A stretch of 64,000 nucleotides of DNA from assembly GCA_021613535.1 (NCBI GenBank), contig CP075497.1, forward strand, positions 12,338,001-12,402,000, given 5' to 3'. The position numbers were made by a program, and so were the translations under genes. A model generated the notes under the pieces. It was not told the DNA's origin. It saw only the letters and a program-made list of their open reading frames with translations, and ran no database searches. Below are positions 1 through 11,026 of the stretch, one piece after another; position 1 is the stretch's first letter, and the number at the start of each line of letters is the position of its first letter. This stretch comes from Adineta vaga. Taxonomy: Eukaryota > Animalia > Rotifera.

Positions 1-76
1 CATGAGATTTATATAAAATGAATAGATAAAAGAATCTATCGAGATAACAATTGACTAAATCTTCAATTATATTATC

Positions 77-348
77 ACTGAATTGAGCTATATACTCGAT
101 GACAAGTTCATTTAGATATACAATCTCTGATTTGAGTATAATTAAGTTTTCTTATTGATAATTCACACTGAAACAGCTTTCATGGTATAGTGTATTCAAA
201 TGCCTAAATGAATACTTTCATTTAATATTCAATACACCTACGTTTTATACTTTTTGATTCATTATCATATTTGTCAGGTTTTACAAAATTGAATTTCAAG
301 TATTTCTATGGAATCATTGACAAATGACACAGCATCTTCAAATCAACT
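77..348 (+). promoter_or_regulatory. Conserved upstream blocks of prepropeptide A
   Basis: ACTGAATTGAGC (77-88), TATAGTGTATT (186-196), CAATACACCTACGTTTTA (230-247), TTGACAAATGAC...AAATCAACT (317-348) all recur upstream of gene B. Confidence 0.6.
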
Positions 349-418
349 TCTCTTCTTTCTCCACATATATTTCTTCCTACTTTCCTATTAAATCGTTAGC
401 ATTATTATTCAAACAACG

Positions 419-742
419 ATGTCGAAACATATTGGTCTCTTCTGTATATTCATCGCACTAGTTTATCTCAATACTATTCTTATTCAAGTTTCCGCAACAA
501 CAATCGATCATCCTAGTCAACCCATTGAAAGTCTACTTGACCCTGCCAATATTGATCCAGACTATTTCATTGCCAATCAACAAATGAGTTATGATGACGA
601 TAGTGAAGCTGGCGTAGATGGTTATCGAAAAAGAAGTTTTAGAAAAAATTGGGCAAAACTATTTGAAAGATCTCAACCTCGATACACGATTGCATTTCCT
701 GCTCTTTTACGTTCACGTCGATGGATTGAAGAAGAACAATAG
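419..742 (+). CDS. Secreted prepropeptide A (putative neuropeptide or antimicrobial peptide precursor), single exon
   Basis: Hydrophobic N-terminal signal peptide, acidic spacer (DDDSE), RKR and RR basic sites flanking SFRKNWAKLFERSQPRYTIAFPALLRS; paralogous to 1408-1713; AATAAA downstream. Confidence 0.75.
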   Translation: MSKHIGLFCIFIALVYLNTILIQVSATTIDHPSQPIESLLDPANIDPDYFIANQQMSYDDDSEAGVDGYRKRSFRKNWAKLFERSQPRYTIAFPALLRSRRWIEEEQ

Positions 743-1122
743 GATCAATATGAATACATCAATAGATAAATTGAGATTTTGAATCATGTCCTTGATGAAT
801 TTAAACAAATAAATAATCGATTAAGATGATAAAGAAAGACATATACACAGAATGTGATGAATAAAATCGAAGTAGATTGATATTTTATATCTCAACATCT
901 TCTAGAACATTCAATCCCTTGATAACAGTTTTCTTAACGAAAATCTATAGTATAGTTTTTTCAGATACTGTTCCTATATTTTATTTCGTATTTGCTCTGG
1001 ATATTTGGAATTGTGTCTGTACTCTTGTATAATATAATCATTTTTATCAAGATATTATAATTTATAAGTATCTCGTAGGATTCTTTCCTACAGGCACATT
1101 TTATTTTAAAATTACAATATGA

Positions 1123-1293
1123 ACTGAATTGAGCGTAATACCTGACCCAATACGCCTACGTTTTAGAAATTCTTTTTTCTTCTTTCTTCTTTCTTCTTTA
1201 ACAAACTAATTAAAATAAAAAGTTTAATTATGTACTCTATAGTGTATTGTCCTTTTAACAGTTGACAGATGACGGAAATACTCAAAATCAACT
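1123..1293 (+). promoter_or_regulatory. Conserved upstream blocks of prepropeptide B
   Basis: ACTGAATTGAGC (1123-1134), CAATACGCCTACGTTTTA (1148-1165), TATAGTGTATT (1238-1248), TTGACAGATGAC...AAATCAACT (1262-1293). Confidence 0.6.
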
Positions 1294-1407
1294 CTTATTC
1301 ATTTTTTTCTCTTTTATCTCTTTCATTTCATATTATTCATTAGTATTTATATCATCCACCAGACTACACGTACATTTATTTATACTCTTATCGTATATAC
1401 TGAATTC

Positions 1408-1713
1408 ATGTATAAGCAAACTGGTTTTTATTTGATGGTCTTAATAGTAATATTCCTTTACTTAGCCAATTCGTTTTCTGCAACATCAACAAATGGATTA
1501 AAATTAGATCAAAAACGATCTTTTGCACTTTTATTTGGACGTTATGGTTTAGGTTCTGACACTATTTTACCTCATCGACCAGTTAATGGTAATGAAAATG
1601 ACAATATGGCGATTCCAAGAAGAAACGATATGAAAAAGAAATGGGCAAGATTCTTTCAAGGATCCCAATCACCTTATTCAATTGCATTTCCAGCACTTAT
1701 TCGTTCACGTTAA
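1408..1713 (+). CDS. Secreted prepropeptide B, paralogue of A, single exon
   Basis: Signal peptide, KR/RR/KKK sites, C-terminal WARFFQGSQSPYSIAFPALIRSR matching gene A; AATAAA near 1797. Confidence 0.75.
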   Translation: MYKQTGFYLMVLIVIFLYLANSFSATSTNGLKLDQKRSFALLFGRYGLGSDTILPHRPVNGNENDNMAIPRRNDMKKKWARFFQGSQSPYSIAFPALIRSR

Positions 1714-2084
1714 CACATCAAACCATAAACAATTGTATTATTTAAATGAGATAAATACTTAATTGATTTCTTTTGTTTCTCGAAGTATATAAATCAAATA
1801 AATGAATTCAATCACTGGACGAAAATATCTACAAATTTGATTTTTATTTCTTATTAAAAACAAGTATCGCTCACAATGAAATTGACTAAATAAATAGAAA
1901 CATACTATCTAATGAAAGAAAATCATCTTGAGAGTGTAGCTGAGAGTAAAGTAGAACACTAGCATCCTCATCCACACCGTACCATTATCTAGTGTACAAT
2001 AGATGTAACCCAGTTGATTATCTGTAATGTCCGTTGTAACTCGATGAGTACATAGCACTTAATTTATTGGACATTTCCGCAGAT

Positions 2085-2162
2085 CAAAGAATCCGGTGCG
2101 AAAACGGTCGATTTCTGAGCATTCGCTATAGTTTCATGGAAGCAGCATTCCGGAACGGAATA
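2085..2162 (+). repeat. Dispersed repeat fragment, copy 1
   Basis: AAAGAATCCGGTGCGAAAACGGTCGATT...GAAGCAGCATTCCGGAACGGAAT aligns with the reverse complement of 51690-51766. Confidence 0.65.
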
Positions 2163-2704
2163 TTTTTTCTTCGCATGTTAATATATAATCATATTGATAT
2201 TCGAAGAAATTCTCGATAAGATTTCTATTAAATTTATTATGTTTTTTTTCTTTCAATTATCTGTTTTTTTATTATTATATCCAAATGTGAATCTATCAAA
2301 GTCAATGAGCTCTTTATCGATATGAAAAGAATTCAATTCTGTAACTTACAAATCTATTCTTGATTGTTTTGATTCGAATCGAATCAACGAGTACTGCAAA
2401 GAAAAACAACTTTTTTTTCTTTCAGTGATTTGCGCCACCTGTGCATTTAGAAAAGAAAAAGCAAACGATGTATATTTTTATGCTATATACATATATGAAA
2501 ATAGGAGAAAAAGACATCAAAGTAGAAAAAAAATAAGATCGATTCATATGAATACAGAACGAAAGAATCATCGTACAAAAGAACTATGTATAGACATTAA
2601 TCGTTGTTTTGCATTTTTTATTATATCATAAAAAATACGTCGTTGATTTTTTACATATTCATCAATTGTTTTTTCGATATTTTTCCCGTTTGATTAAAAG
2701 ATTA

Positions 2705-4099
2705 ATGGATCAACCACCTAGTGATCGAATCATAAATGATATTCCATATCCTCGTGCTAGTTTATTAACAGAAGAGAAGTTATTTGATCCATCAACAGGT
2801 TTACCATCGATTAGTCGTTTAACAAAACATTTACGAGAAGAAGGTCATTTGGATGAACGATGTGCATTACGTCTTGTTGAACTTGCAAGAGGAATATTTG
2901 AACGTGAACCAAATATGTTATTAGTTCAACGACCAGTTACAATTGTTGCTGATGTTCATGGACAATTTTATGATTTATTAACAATCTTATCAGCTGGTGG
3001 TGATCCATCGAATACTCGATATTTATTCTTAGGTGATTATGTTGATCGAGGTCAATTTGAATGTGAATGTATTTTTCTTTTATTTGCACTTAAAATCAAA
3101 TATCCACAAAATATCAATTTACTTCGTGGAAATCATGAGACTCGTCAAATGACAAAATCATTTCAATTTAAATTAGAATGTGAAAAGAAATATCAATCGA
3201 AAACATTATACAATGCTTGTATGCATGCATTCGATGCATTACCTATTTGTGCATTAGTTGATTCACGTTTTCTATGTATGCATGCTGGAATATCACCTGA
3301 TATTCATACATTAGCAGATATTGAACAACTTGATCGATTTAAAGAAACTCCTAATTCAGGTTCATTATGTGATTTACTTTGGAGTGATCCAAGTGAAGAG
3401 TTCGATCAATTAAATGATCAAGAACCACCTTTTAAACCAAATAATGTTCGTGGTTGTTCGTATTTCTTCTCTTATTATGCATGTCGAGAATTTCTATTAC
3501 GAAATAAACTTTTATCAATTATTCGTGGACATGAAGTACAAAAAAATGGTGTAAGATTCTTTCATAAATCATCTCGTACAAATTTTCCGGTTCTTATTTC
3601 ACTTTTTTCGGCACCAAATTATTGTGATACATATAATAATGTTGCTGCGATATTAAAATTAAGTGAAAGTCAACAGTTATCTGTTGTACATATTGACGCA
3701 CATGGTCATCCATTTGTTTTACCAAATTATGAAAATGGTTTTCAATTTGGTGAACGATTTCTTGTTTATTATGCAACACAACTTCTTCTTTCATTGTTTA
3801 ATATGTATTCACCTGATGAATTAGCTGCTGATGATGGCCGTCGAGATAAAACAGCTGTCGAGTTGTTAAATAAAAAACGATTAATTGAAGCAATGGAAAA
3901 AGCGTATGGTGAAGTGAAAAAAACCAATAAAATTGCATTGAATTTACGTGGTTTAACACCATCTTATAAAGCTTATAAGGAATTATTAGCTCGACCAGAC
4001 ATTAAAGCATTAGTTCAAGAAGCGGAAAAGGGTCGAATTAAAGATTATGATCAAGCTCTTCAATTAGATCAGATATTCGAACGACGACCTTCGACTTAA
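2705..4099 (+). CDS. Calcineurin A-like (PP2B) Ser/Thr phosphatase catalytic subunit, divergent, intronless
   Basis: PPP motifs DVHGQ, GDYVDRG, LRGNHE, DLLWSDP, RGCSYFFSY, SAPNY; calcineurin-type tail (LRGLTP, LDQIFERRP); first in-frame ATG at 2705. Confidence 0.9.
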   Translation: MDQPPSDRIINDIPYPRASLLTEEKLFDPSTGLPSISRLTKHLREEGHLDERCALRLVELARGIFEREPNMLLVQRPVTIVADVHGQFYDLLTILSAGGDPSNTRYLFLGDYVDRGQFECECIFLLFALKIKYPQNINLLRGNHETRQMTKSFQFKLECEKKYQSKTLYNACMHAFDALPICALVDSRFLCMHAGISPDIHTLADIEQLDRFKETPNSGSLCDLLWSDPSEEFDQLNDQEPPFKPNNVRGCSYFFSYYACREFLLRNKLLSIIRGHEVQKNGVRFFHKSSRTNFPVLISLFSAPNYCDTYNNVAAILKLSESQQLSVVHIDAHGHPFVLPNYENGFQFGERFLVYYATQLLLSLFNMYSPDELAADDGRRDKTAVELLNKKRLIEAMEKAYGEVKKTNKIALNLRGLTPSYKAYKELLARPDIKALVQEAEKGRIKDYDQALQLDQIFERRPST

Positions 4100-6292
4100 T
4101 CATGATTCATCTTCTTGAATATTTCAGCAATCAACACAACATTTATTGACATATTATCTTGAATAAAAACATTCTTTTAATATAGATTTAGAAAATGAAA
4201 TTTAATCTTTTGAGGTTTTATTTATCTAATTTCGAATGTGCGTAAATGTAAAATAGGACATTAACATCAATATTAACAACTTTCTTCACAGAAGTCGAAT
4301 CTAGCTGTGATTTACATAGAATTAGATGTTGAGACTTGATTTTAACAGTATGATTTTCCAAGAAAATCGAGTATCATTGAAAGAATTTCTTTTTTCAAAC
4401 TTCATATTGCGACAGCAACGATATTATAATTTACATATTTTTTAACTATTTTGCAATACATTCAAATTAATTTATAATTAAACTAAGTAGCTTTGCTATC
4501 TGGTAAGTAATCAGATGTATTATCTGATGTTTTAATTTCAAAATTGATATAGATTTTAATGATTTTGACTTTTCTGGAAAGTTAATAACAACATGAACAT
4601 TTCATATTCTTCTGTTCGTTTGAATCGTCATCGTCTTTCGCGAAATCTTACAAATCTAACATCCATTTTGTAAAAACAAATAATATTTTCAGTATTCTAA
4701 GCAAGAAAGTCTTTTAAAAATGCGTCAAGACACACCATTCGATGCAGAATTTTATTCTCTGCAAAACGAGCTACTTGATTTTCACTCAGATAACTGAAGA
4801 CGCTCAATACCTTTCCATGTAGTTTCTCACTTTCTGCTCAGATTTTGAGTTCTCATTTCGATCTGATGCTTTCTATACAGCACTTAGCTACACACTTGTC
4901 AAGGACATTTTCAATCATCATCCTTACTATGATAGCAATTTTACCTCGATTAGTAAAATGATATGTACTGTAGTAAAAAAGTGCATGAGGAAACAAGTCA
5001 AACAGAGCTGTAGAATGTTCTCTTATCTGTAATCAAACATGAAGATTTACTTCAACAATTATGAAGTTGATATTTATTATAAATGTCAGTGAAACGATCT
5101 GCTGAATTAATTCTTGATTTTTTCGACAAAAAAAAGTTAAAGACCAAGCATCATCTGTTCGTTTGCAAAACTCGTACAGATGAAATTTCTTTAATTGGAT
5201 GTATTCATCTTCCAACAAGCTCTGGAGATGAAAATGCTTCAACAACTTCTATAACGGAGATTTATCGGTATTGGTGCATCAAACTTTCTTCATACTAGTG
5301 GTTTCTTTCTTTTTTAGTCGATGATGCATAATTTCATATGCTTTATTTGAATTACAATGAAGAAATACATAAAGAAAAGCATTGCACAAATAGATTCTCA
5401 TGAAAACACAGGTGAGTATTTTTGTCGATCAAAAAACCCTTTTTTTTAGAGATTACGCAGTTTTCGGAAGTTCATCGAAAACTAATGCCATGTGCTCCAA
5501 AACTCTATATTCATGTCTCGTTCATTTTTGTAGAAGTTTCTGTCAGACATTTGACATTTGATACAACTAATAAATATGTTTTACTATAGTATATGCTATT
5601 CATTATGTATATTAATCCATAAATCGTTGTATCAAACGGAGATTTTCTAACTATGACTTACATTATTGATCAATGAAAAATATATGTGGTAATGTTCAGT
5701 AATAGCAGTAGGCATGTTCGATATGGATATTGTGAGAATCTGAATCTCGCCCTTACATGTAATGAGACGTCATATAATTCGCGACCGTCCACATGAGTAT
5801 AACAACTGAACGATCATACAATAATTAGACTATATTTATTTGTACATTATCAAATGTTAGAGCATGCTCTGACTGTGTGATTATATATGTGAATACTATT
5901 TTTGCTTATAAAGTAAGTTCAATGCAATTCCCGACCAATTTACTTCAGATTAAACGTTAGATTGTCTATGAAAGGAAACGTTCAAGTATCTCAACTAAAA
6001 TTTCTATAGCAGATACTTTTGTTTGATTTTTCAGTATTTTATGCGATTACATACGATATGTACCATTAATTCTTCTTGGATGAAAAAAAGTTTGCTGCAT
6101 ATAAACTAGATCTTCATATTTATCCGTATTTGAATATTAAACTAACTATCAATAACTTTTATTTATTTTCTGTTTAAATGTATCTTTTGGATTGCATTCA
6201 TGTCGAAGTTATTTCGATAGGTTTGGGAATGGCTTTCATCTATAACAATAAATTATTTGAGAAACAAGTGTTGTTTCTCTACACAAAATGTT

Positions 6293-6491
6293 ATATTGAT
6301 ATTTGAAGAAATTCTCGACAAGATTTCTGTTAAATATGTGCTTTAAAATCATCGTATATGGCTTATAAAGAAATATTAGCTCGACCAGATATTCAACCAT
6401 TATAGTTCAAGAAGCTGAAAGAGGTTGAATCAAATATTATGAACAAGCACTTCAATTGGAACAAATATATGAACGATGACCATCAACATAA
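6293..6491 (+). pseudogene. Internally deleted copy of the calcineurin locus (upstream flank fused to the last ~50 codons)
   Basis: 6293-6335 matches 2191-2233; 6336-6491 matches about 3944-4099 with a 2-nt frameshift and two CGA>TGA stops. Confidence 0.9.
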
Positions 6492-6545
6492 TTCTTTTTT
6501 CTAAAAAATAATCCAGTAATAAATCTGAAAAAGAAAAGAAAAAAT

Positions 6546-8326
6546 TTAATCTAATTTTTTGTTTATCTTTAGAAAATAATAATCTAATTCTGATTGTTCA
6601 ACAGCACTTGGTGCTTCCGAAATAAGATCTTTTCCTGAACTTGTTTTCGGAAAAGGTATTACATCTCGAATATGTTCTGTTTCTAAAACTAAAGCAAGAA
6701 GACGATCTAATCCTAGAGCAATACCACCATGTGGTGGTGCACCATATTGTAATGCTTTTAAAAGATGTTCTAAATGTTCAATTGGTAAATGAAGAATATC
6801 ATTTAGAATAAAACGTTGTAATTTCGAATCATATATTCTAATTGAACCACCACCAACTTCAAAACCATTTAAAACAAGATCATAATGTTGACCAATAATA
6901 CGTGGCCAATCTTTTTTCGATGATAATAATGATAAATGTTCATCAATTGGTGCAGTAAATGGATGATGAGTTGATTCCAGTTGTGTTCGATCATTTGCCA
7001 TCGGTGTAAATAAGGGAAAATCGGTAATCCAGAGGAAATTCCATTGACGTTTTTTTCTTAATTCAATTTTATATTCATTTTCAAGAAAATCAGCCAGTTT
7101 TAAACGAAAATTTCCCATTTTGATCAAATCTTCATCTTCATTTTTTGTTCTATTCATTGAAAATATCTTCTGTATTTCATCGTATTGAATATCAACATCA
7201 TCTTCAATTAAATTCTTGACATTATTCAAAGAAATTGGACTGGTAATAGAAAATTTATCAGATGTATGTTCAATTTCTAAACCAAAACGAGTATCTGGTT
7301 TATCTGTTCCATAACGTGACATGGATTCTGCATAAGTTAAACGAGGAAATGGAGTATTTTGAAGTTGATCAGGCCAACAATACGATAAAAGTTCTTCGAT
7401 TAGAGAGAAAATGTTTTCTCGTGAAACAAAACTTAATTCTAAATCAATTTGAGTAAATTCAGGTTGACGATCTCGACGCCCTGAAATCAAATATAAATTT
7501 CTTATGGAAAATTTTTTCTCAATAAACCTGTTTCATCTCGAAAACATTTCGCAATTTGAAAATATCGATCAAAACCTCCCATCATTAATAATTGTTTGAA
7601 TTGTTGTGGACTTTGTGTTAATGAATAGAATAATCCACCACCTTGAGAATGTGTTGGAACTAAGAATTCTCTTGCACCACCAGGTGTACGACGAAATAGT
7701 AATGGAGTTTCTATATCAACAAATGAATGTTTTAAGAAAAACTCACGAACTTTAGCAATGAATAATGAACGAAAACGAATACGTTCTTGCATTATATCAC
7801 GACGGAAATCTAAATAACGATAAATTAAACGTGTTTTCTCATCAGATTCATGATATTTTGATAGATCAATTGGAATTTGCGGTAAACACGAATTAATTAC
7901 TTGAAAATCGGTTACATGAATCTAAAAATGACTTCTTCTATTTTCTTTTTCTAAATTATTCGAACATACTTCAAGATCACCTAATGACATATCGGTATTA
8001 ATATCTTTTTCAGGTCGTTTTTTTAATACTCCTTTGATATGTACACAAGATTCTACAGATGTTTGTTTTAATATTTGACGTTCTTGTTTCATTGTTGATG
8101 GAAGAATAAATTGAATTAATCCCGAATGATCACGAAGAACACCAAATGAGTTCAAACGACGATATTGTAACCAACCATGAAGAGATACTGAAGTATCAAT
8201 TAGGTTTTTATTCGATAAATCAGATACTAAATGTTGTCGATAAGAATATTTTGTTGAATATGATGAAGATAATCGACAACAATGACGTACTGTTAAAGAA
8301 AACTGTTTTAAAAGATTAGAAAACAT
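6546..8326 (-). CDS. DARS2: Mitochondrial aspartyl-tRNA synthetase; exons about 8326-7970, 7921-7528, 7480-6546
   Basis: Transit-peptide-like N-terminus, OB fold (LRDHSGLIQ), GAREFLVP, QSPQQFKQLLM, CFRDE..RQPEFTQIDLE, HHPFTAP, GAPPHGGIALGLDRL; 48- and 47-bp GT-AG introns restore the frame. Confidence 0.95.
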
Positions 8327-8391
8327 ATCTATCTATAAGAATTGTTCACAAAATCAGGTTTTATCTATCATGTACCTTTCTGAAGAAAGTT

Positions 8392-8416
8392 GATTGGTTA
8401 GTTAACTCGACCAATC
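8392..8416. promoter_or_regulatory. Inverted CCAAT-box pair in the DARS2/LASP head-to-head interval
   Basis: GATTGGT-N11-ACCAATC between divergent start codons 380 bp apart. Confidence 0.4.
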
Positions 8417-8705
8417 CTATTGTTGATAGTATGAGTAATTTGTACTTATTTAAAAAAAAAGAATTGAATTTATTTCTTTTATATGGAAATGATTAATAAA
8501 AGAAAGTTTTGAAGGAAATGAATCAAAATAGTATTATGTTTATTTTCATTGGTTAAACAAATGAATGTTGAAAAAAATAGATTTGATCTGCTCTGTTGTT
8601 TGTCTCTGTTGTTTGGTTAAAGCAACAAAGAAGATTTTATTTTCTCTTTCAATCCTTCAGATTTTTCTTCTTTTTTTTGTCAAACAATAAAAAAATCAAA
8701 GAACA

Positions 8706-10186
8706 ATGTCTATGGCACAAAAGAAGTGTGGAAAATGTGAGAAAATCGTTTATCCAGCTGAAGAAATCAAATGTCTTGATAAAGTAAATTGACTATTTCA
8801 TACGTTCTTTTTCTTCTTCTACGCACATTCTTTAGTTTCGATAGATTAGATAACAAGGTAATTCTTGTGTGAGAATGTATTTTAATATCCTCAATTTTAT
8901 AAAATAGAAACGCATGACGTTTTCTTCCTTTTGAATAGAAGAGAAGAAAAACAAACAATTATCTTTGAAATTCTTTATTTTGTTTATAGTTTTGGCATAA
9001 AGGATGTTTAAAATGTACAGTATGTGGAATGACACTTAATGTTAAAAATGTCAAAGGTTATGATAAAATGCCTTATTGTAATGCGTAAGTATTTCAAAGA
9101 TGTTTTAATGATTAAAAATTCAAGATTTTTGTTTAGACATTATCCTCAACCTAAGCCAACTGTTGTTGCTGATAATCCTGAAATGCAACGTATTCGTGCA
9201 CTGACAGATATTCAAAGCAATGTAAGAAATTATTTCTATCAAATATGAAAATAGTTTTTGGACGTTTTAAGGCGAAATATCATGAAGATTTTAATAAAAG
9301 TAAAGGAAAATTTACATCTGTGACCGATAATCCGGAATTAACACGAGCGAAAGAACATCAACGTATTGTTAGTCAAGCGGAATATACTGGTAAACGAAAA
9401 GATAGTACATCACAAATACTTAATCAAGGTAAAAATTTTATTCGAATGAAATCTTTCAGTTTTTTTATTTTCTTTTTAAGATCATCCACAAGAATCACAT
9501 ACAAATAATGTTAATAATCGAGCTTATAATCCATCTGGACCAACGATCGGTCGTGGTAAGTTGATGTTCTTTTTAAATTTTAATCTTGAGTTTTTATCGA
9601 ATTGTTTTAGTCGCAGATTATGATCCGATGAACGATGCTCGTGGTTCATTGGCACGTGGTTATGAGCCAACTTCAAAAGCGATGCATGCTTCTAGTAAGG
9701 AAACATCATATTTTTGAAAATGTCGTTCATTCAAAAAAAAAATATTGATATTTTACCTTATCTGTAGAATATGAAAACAATCCCAAAGATGTAACTCAAT
9801 CCAATACAAAATCTGATCATAATGACAATGGAAATAAAAACTCTTCTCATCAATATGAAGACGAAACACATATTCCATCAAATAACAATAATAATAATAA
9901 TAATAATCATGACGATAATCAATATTCACATGGTGATAGACGATCACCACAAGTAAGATTATTCAGAGGAAAATTGAAAAACATATTTTCACAAAAAAAA
10001 TATCTTTAGATAAAAGTTCGTGCACTTTATTCATATACAGCAGCAGAAGCAGATGAAATAAGTTTTACTGAAGGTGATACACTTGTTGAATGTGAAGAAA
10101 TTGATGCTGGTTGGATGTTAGGTCGAAATCCAAAAACAGGTCGACAAGGTTTACTTCCATCGAACTATGTGGAAATTATACAATGA
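8706..10186 (+). CDS. LASP1: LIM and SH3 domain protein (LASP), multi-exon
   Basis: Spliced LIM domain ([44 protein letters not shown]), nebulin repeats (ADNPE, TDNPE), C-terminal SH3 ([22 protein letters not shown]). Confidence 0.95.
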
Positions 10187-10669
10187 GAATGAAAAAAGTC
10201 CTTATTTCTTTTCTTTTCTTTTTTGTTTTCATTTTTATTTGGGAATTTGATTTCTTTCTCATAGAGATTAATTCAGTGTAAATAATAACACTCATTCATT
10301 TTCTTTCTTTTTGTACTTTATGATACTATCAGCAACAAAATACGAATCTTCTTATCTTACTTTCGCGTTCATTGTCTACATTCTTTTTCTTTCTCTTTCT
10401 CTTTCTATTTTGCCATGTGTATGCGTTGTTACAGTTTCAAAAGAACTCTTAGAGACAAACATTTTTTCAAATAAACTTTCAAATCACGCAATATTTAACT
10501 TCGTTATAGTACCGTGCATGTACAAAATACTAGGACTAATACAAAGTTACTTGTCTATTCGGCGATGAGAATAATAACTAAAAGGACAACAAAATTGATA
10601 AAACGTGTTTTTTTCTGATTATTCTGGAACTAAAACAAATGACACGAAGAACGAGGAAAATATGTATCA

Positions 10670-10798
10670 TTTATAGAACAGTGAATAATCCTTTGCTTTG
10701 ATTGAACGATCTAGAACGTTGGAGAAAGAATATGGAAAATGAGGTTTATCGAACAGTGAATAATCCTTTGCCTTGATTAGACGATCTAGAACGTTGGA
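10670..10798. repeat. Direct duplication of a ~54-bp unit, period 75 bp
   Basis: TTTATmGAACAGTGAATAATCCTTTGCyTTGATTrrACGATCTAGAACGTTGGA at 10670-10723 and 10745-10798. Confidence 0.9.
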
Positions 10799-10964
10799 AA
10801 AACCCAGTGGTTAATTCCATGTTATAGATTTTTTTCCAAGGAGAAAATGGTATAAATATTAGAGAATGGTCTGTAATATGCATTGTATTGCAAAGCACAA
10901 ATATTTCATCAGAAATCAAGTAAGTTTGAAATAGGGATGAGTTACTTGATTTAGCCTTTTCATT

Positions 10965-11026
10965 TAACGCTTGATATTAAGCATTAAGTTTTATCATTAA
11001 AATTAAAAACTTAATATCAAGCGTTA
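10965..11026. repeat. Perfect 17-bp inverted repeat (hairpin or MITE remnant)
   Basis: TAACGCTTGATATTAAG (10965-10981) / CTTAATATCAAGCGTTA (11010-11026). Confidence 0.85.

Noticed and set aside
2425-2704. Short ORF 2425-2631 and N-terminal extension of the calcineurin ORF
   Set aside because: Non-ATG starts and AT-rich UTR-like sequence; homology begins after ATG 2705
4200-5420. Coding-like fragments including ORF 5083-5298
   Set aside because: Multiple stops and no recognisable family; may be pseudogene debris but cannot be assigned
5700-5795. Possible tRNA-derived SINE or tRNA on the minus strand
   Set aside because: No convincing cloverleaf or intact A/B boxes
10670-10798. CRISPR-like repeat-spacer appearance
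   Set aside because: Only two long copies, eukaryotic context, no cas genes
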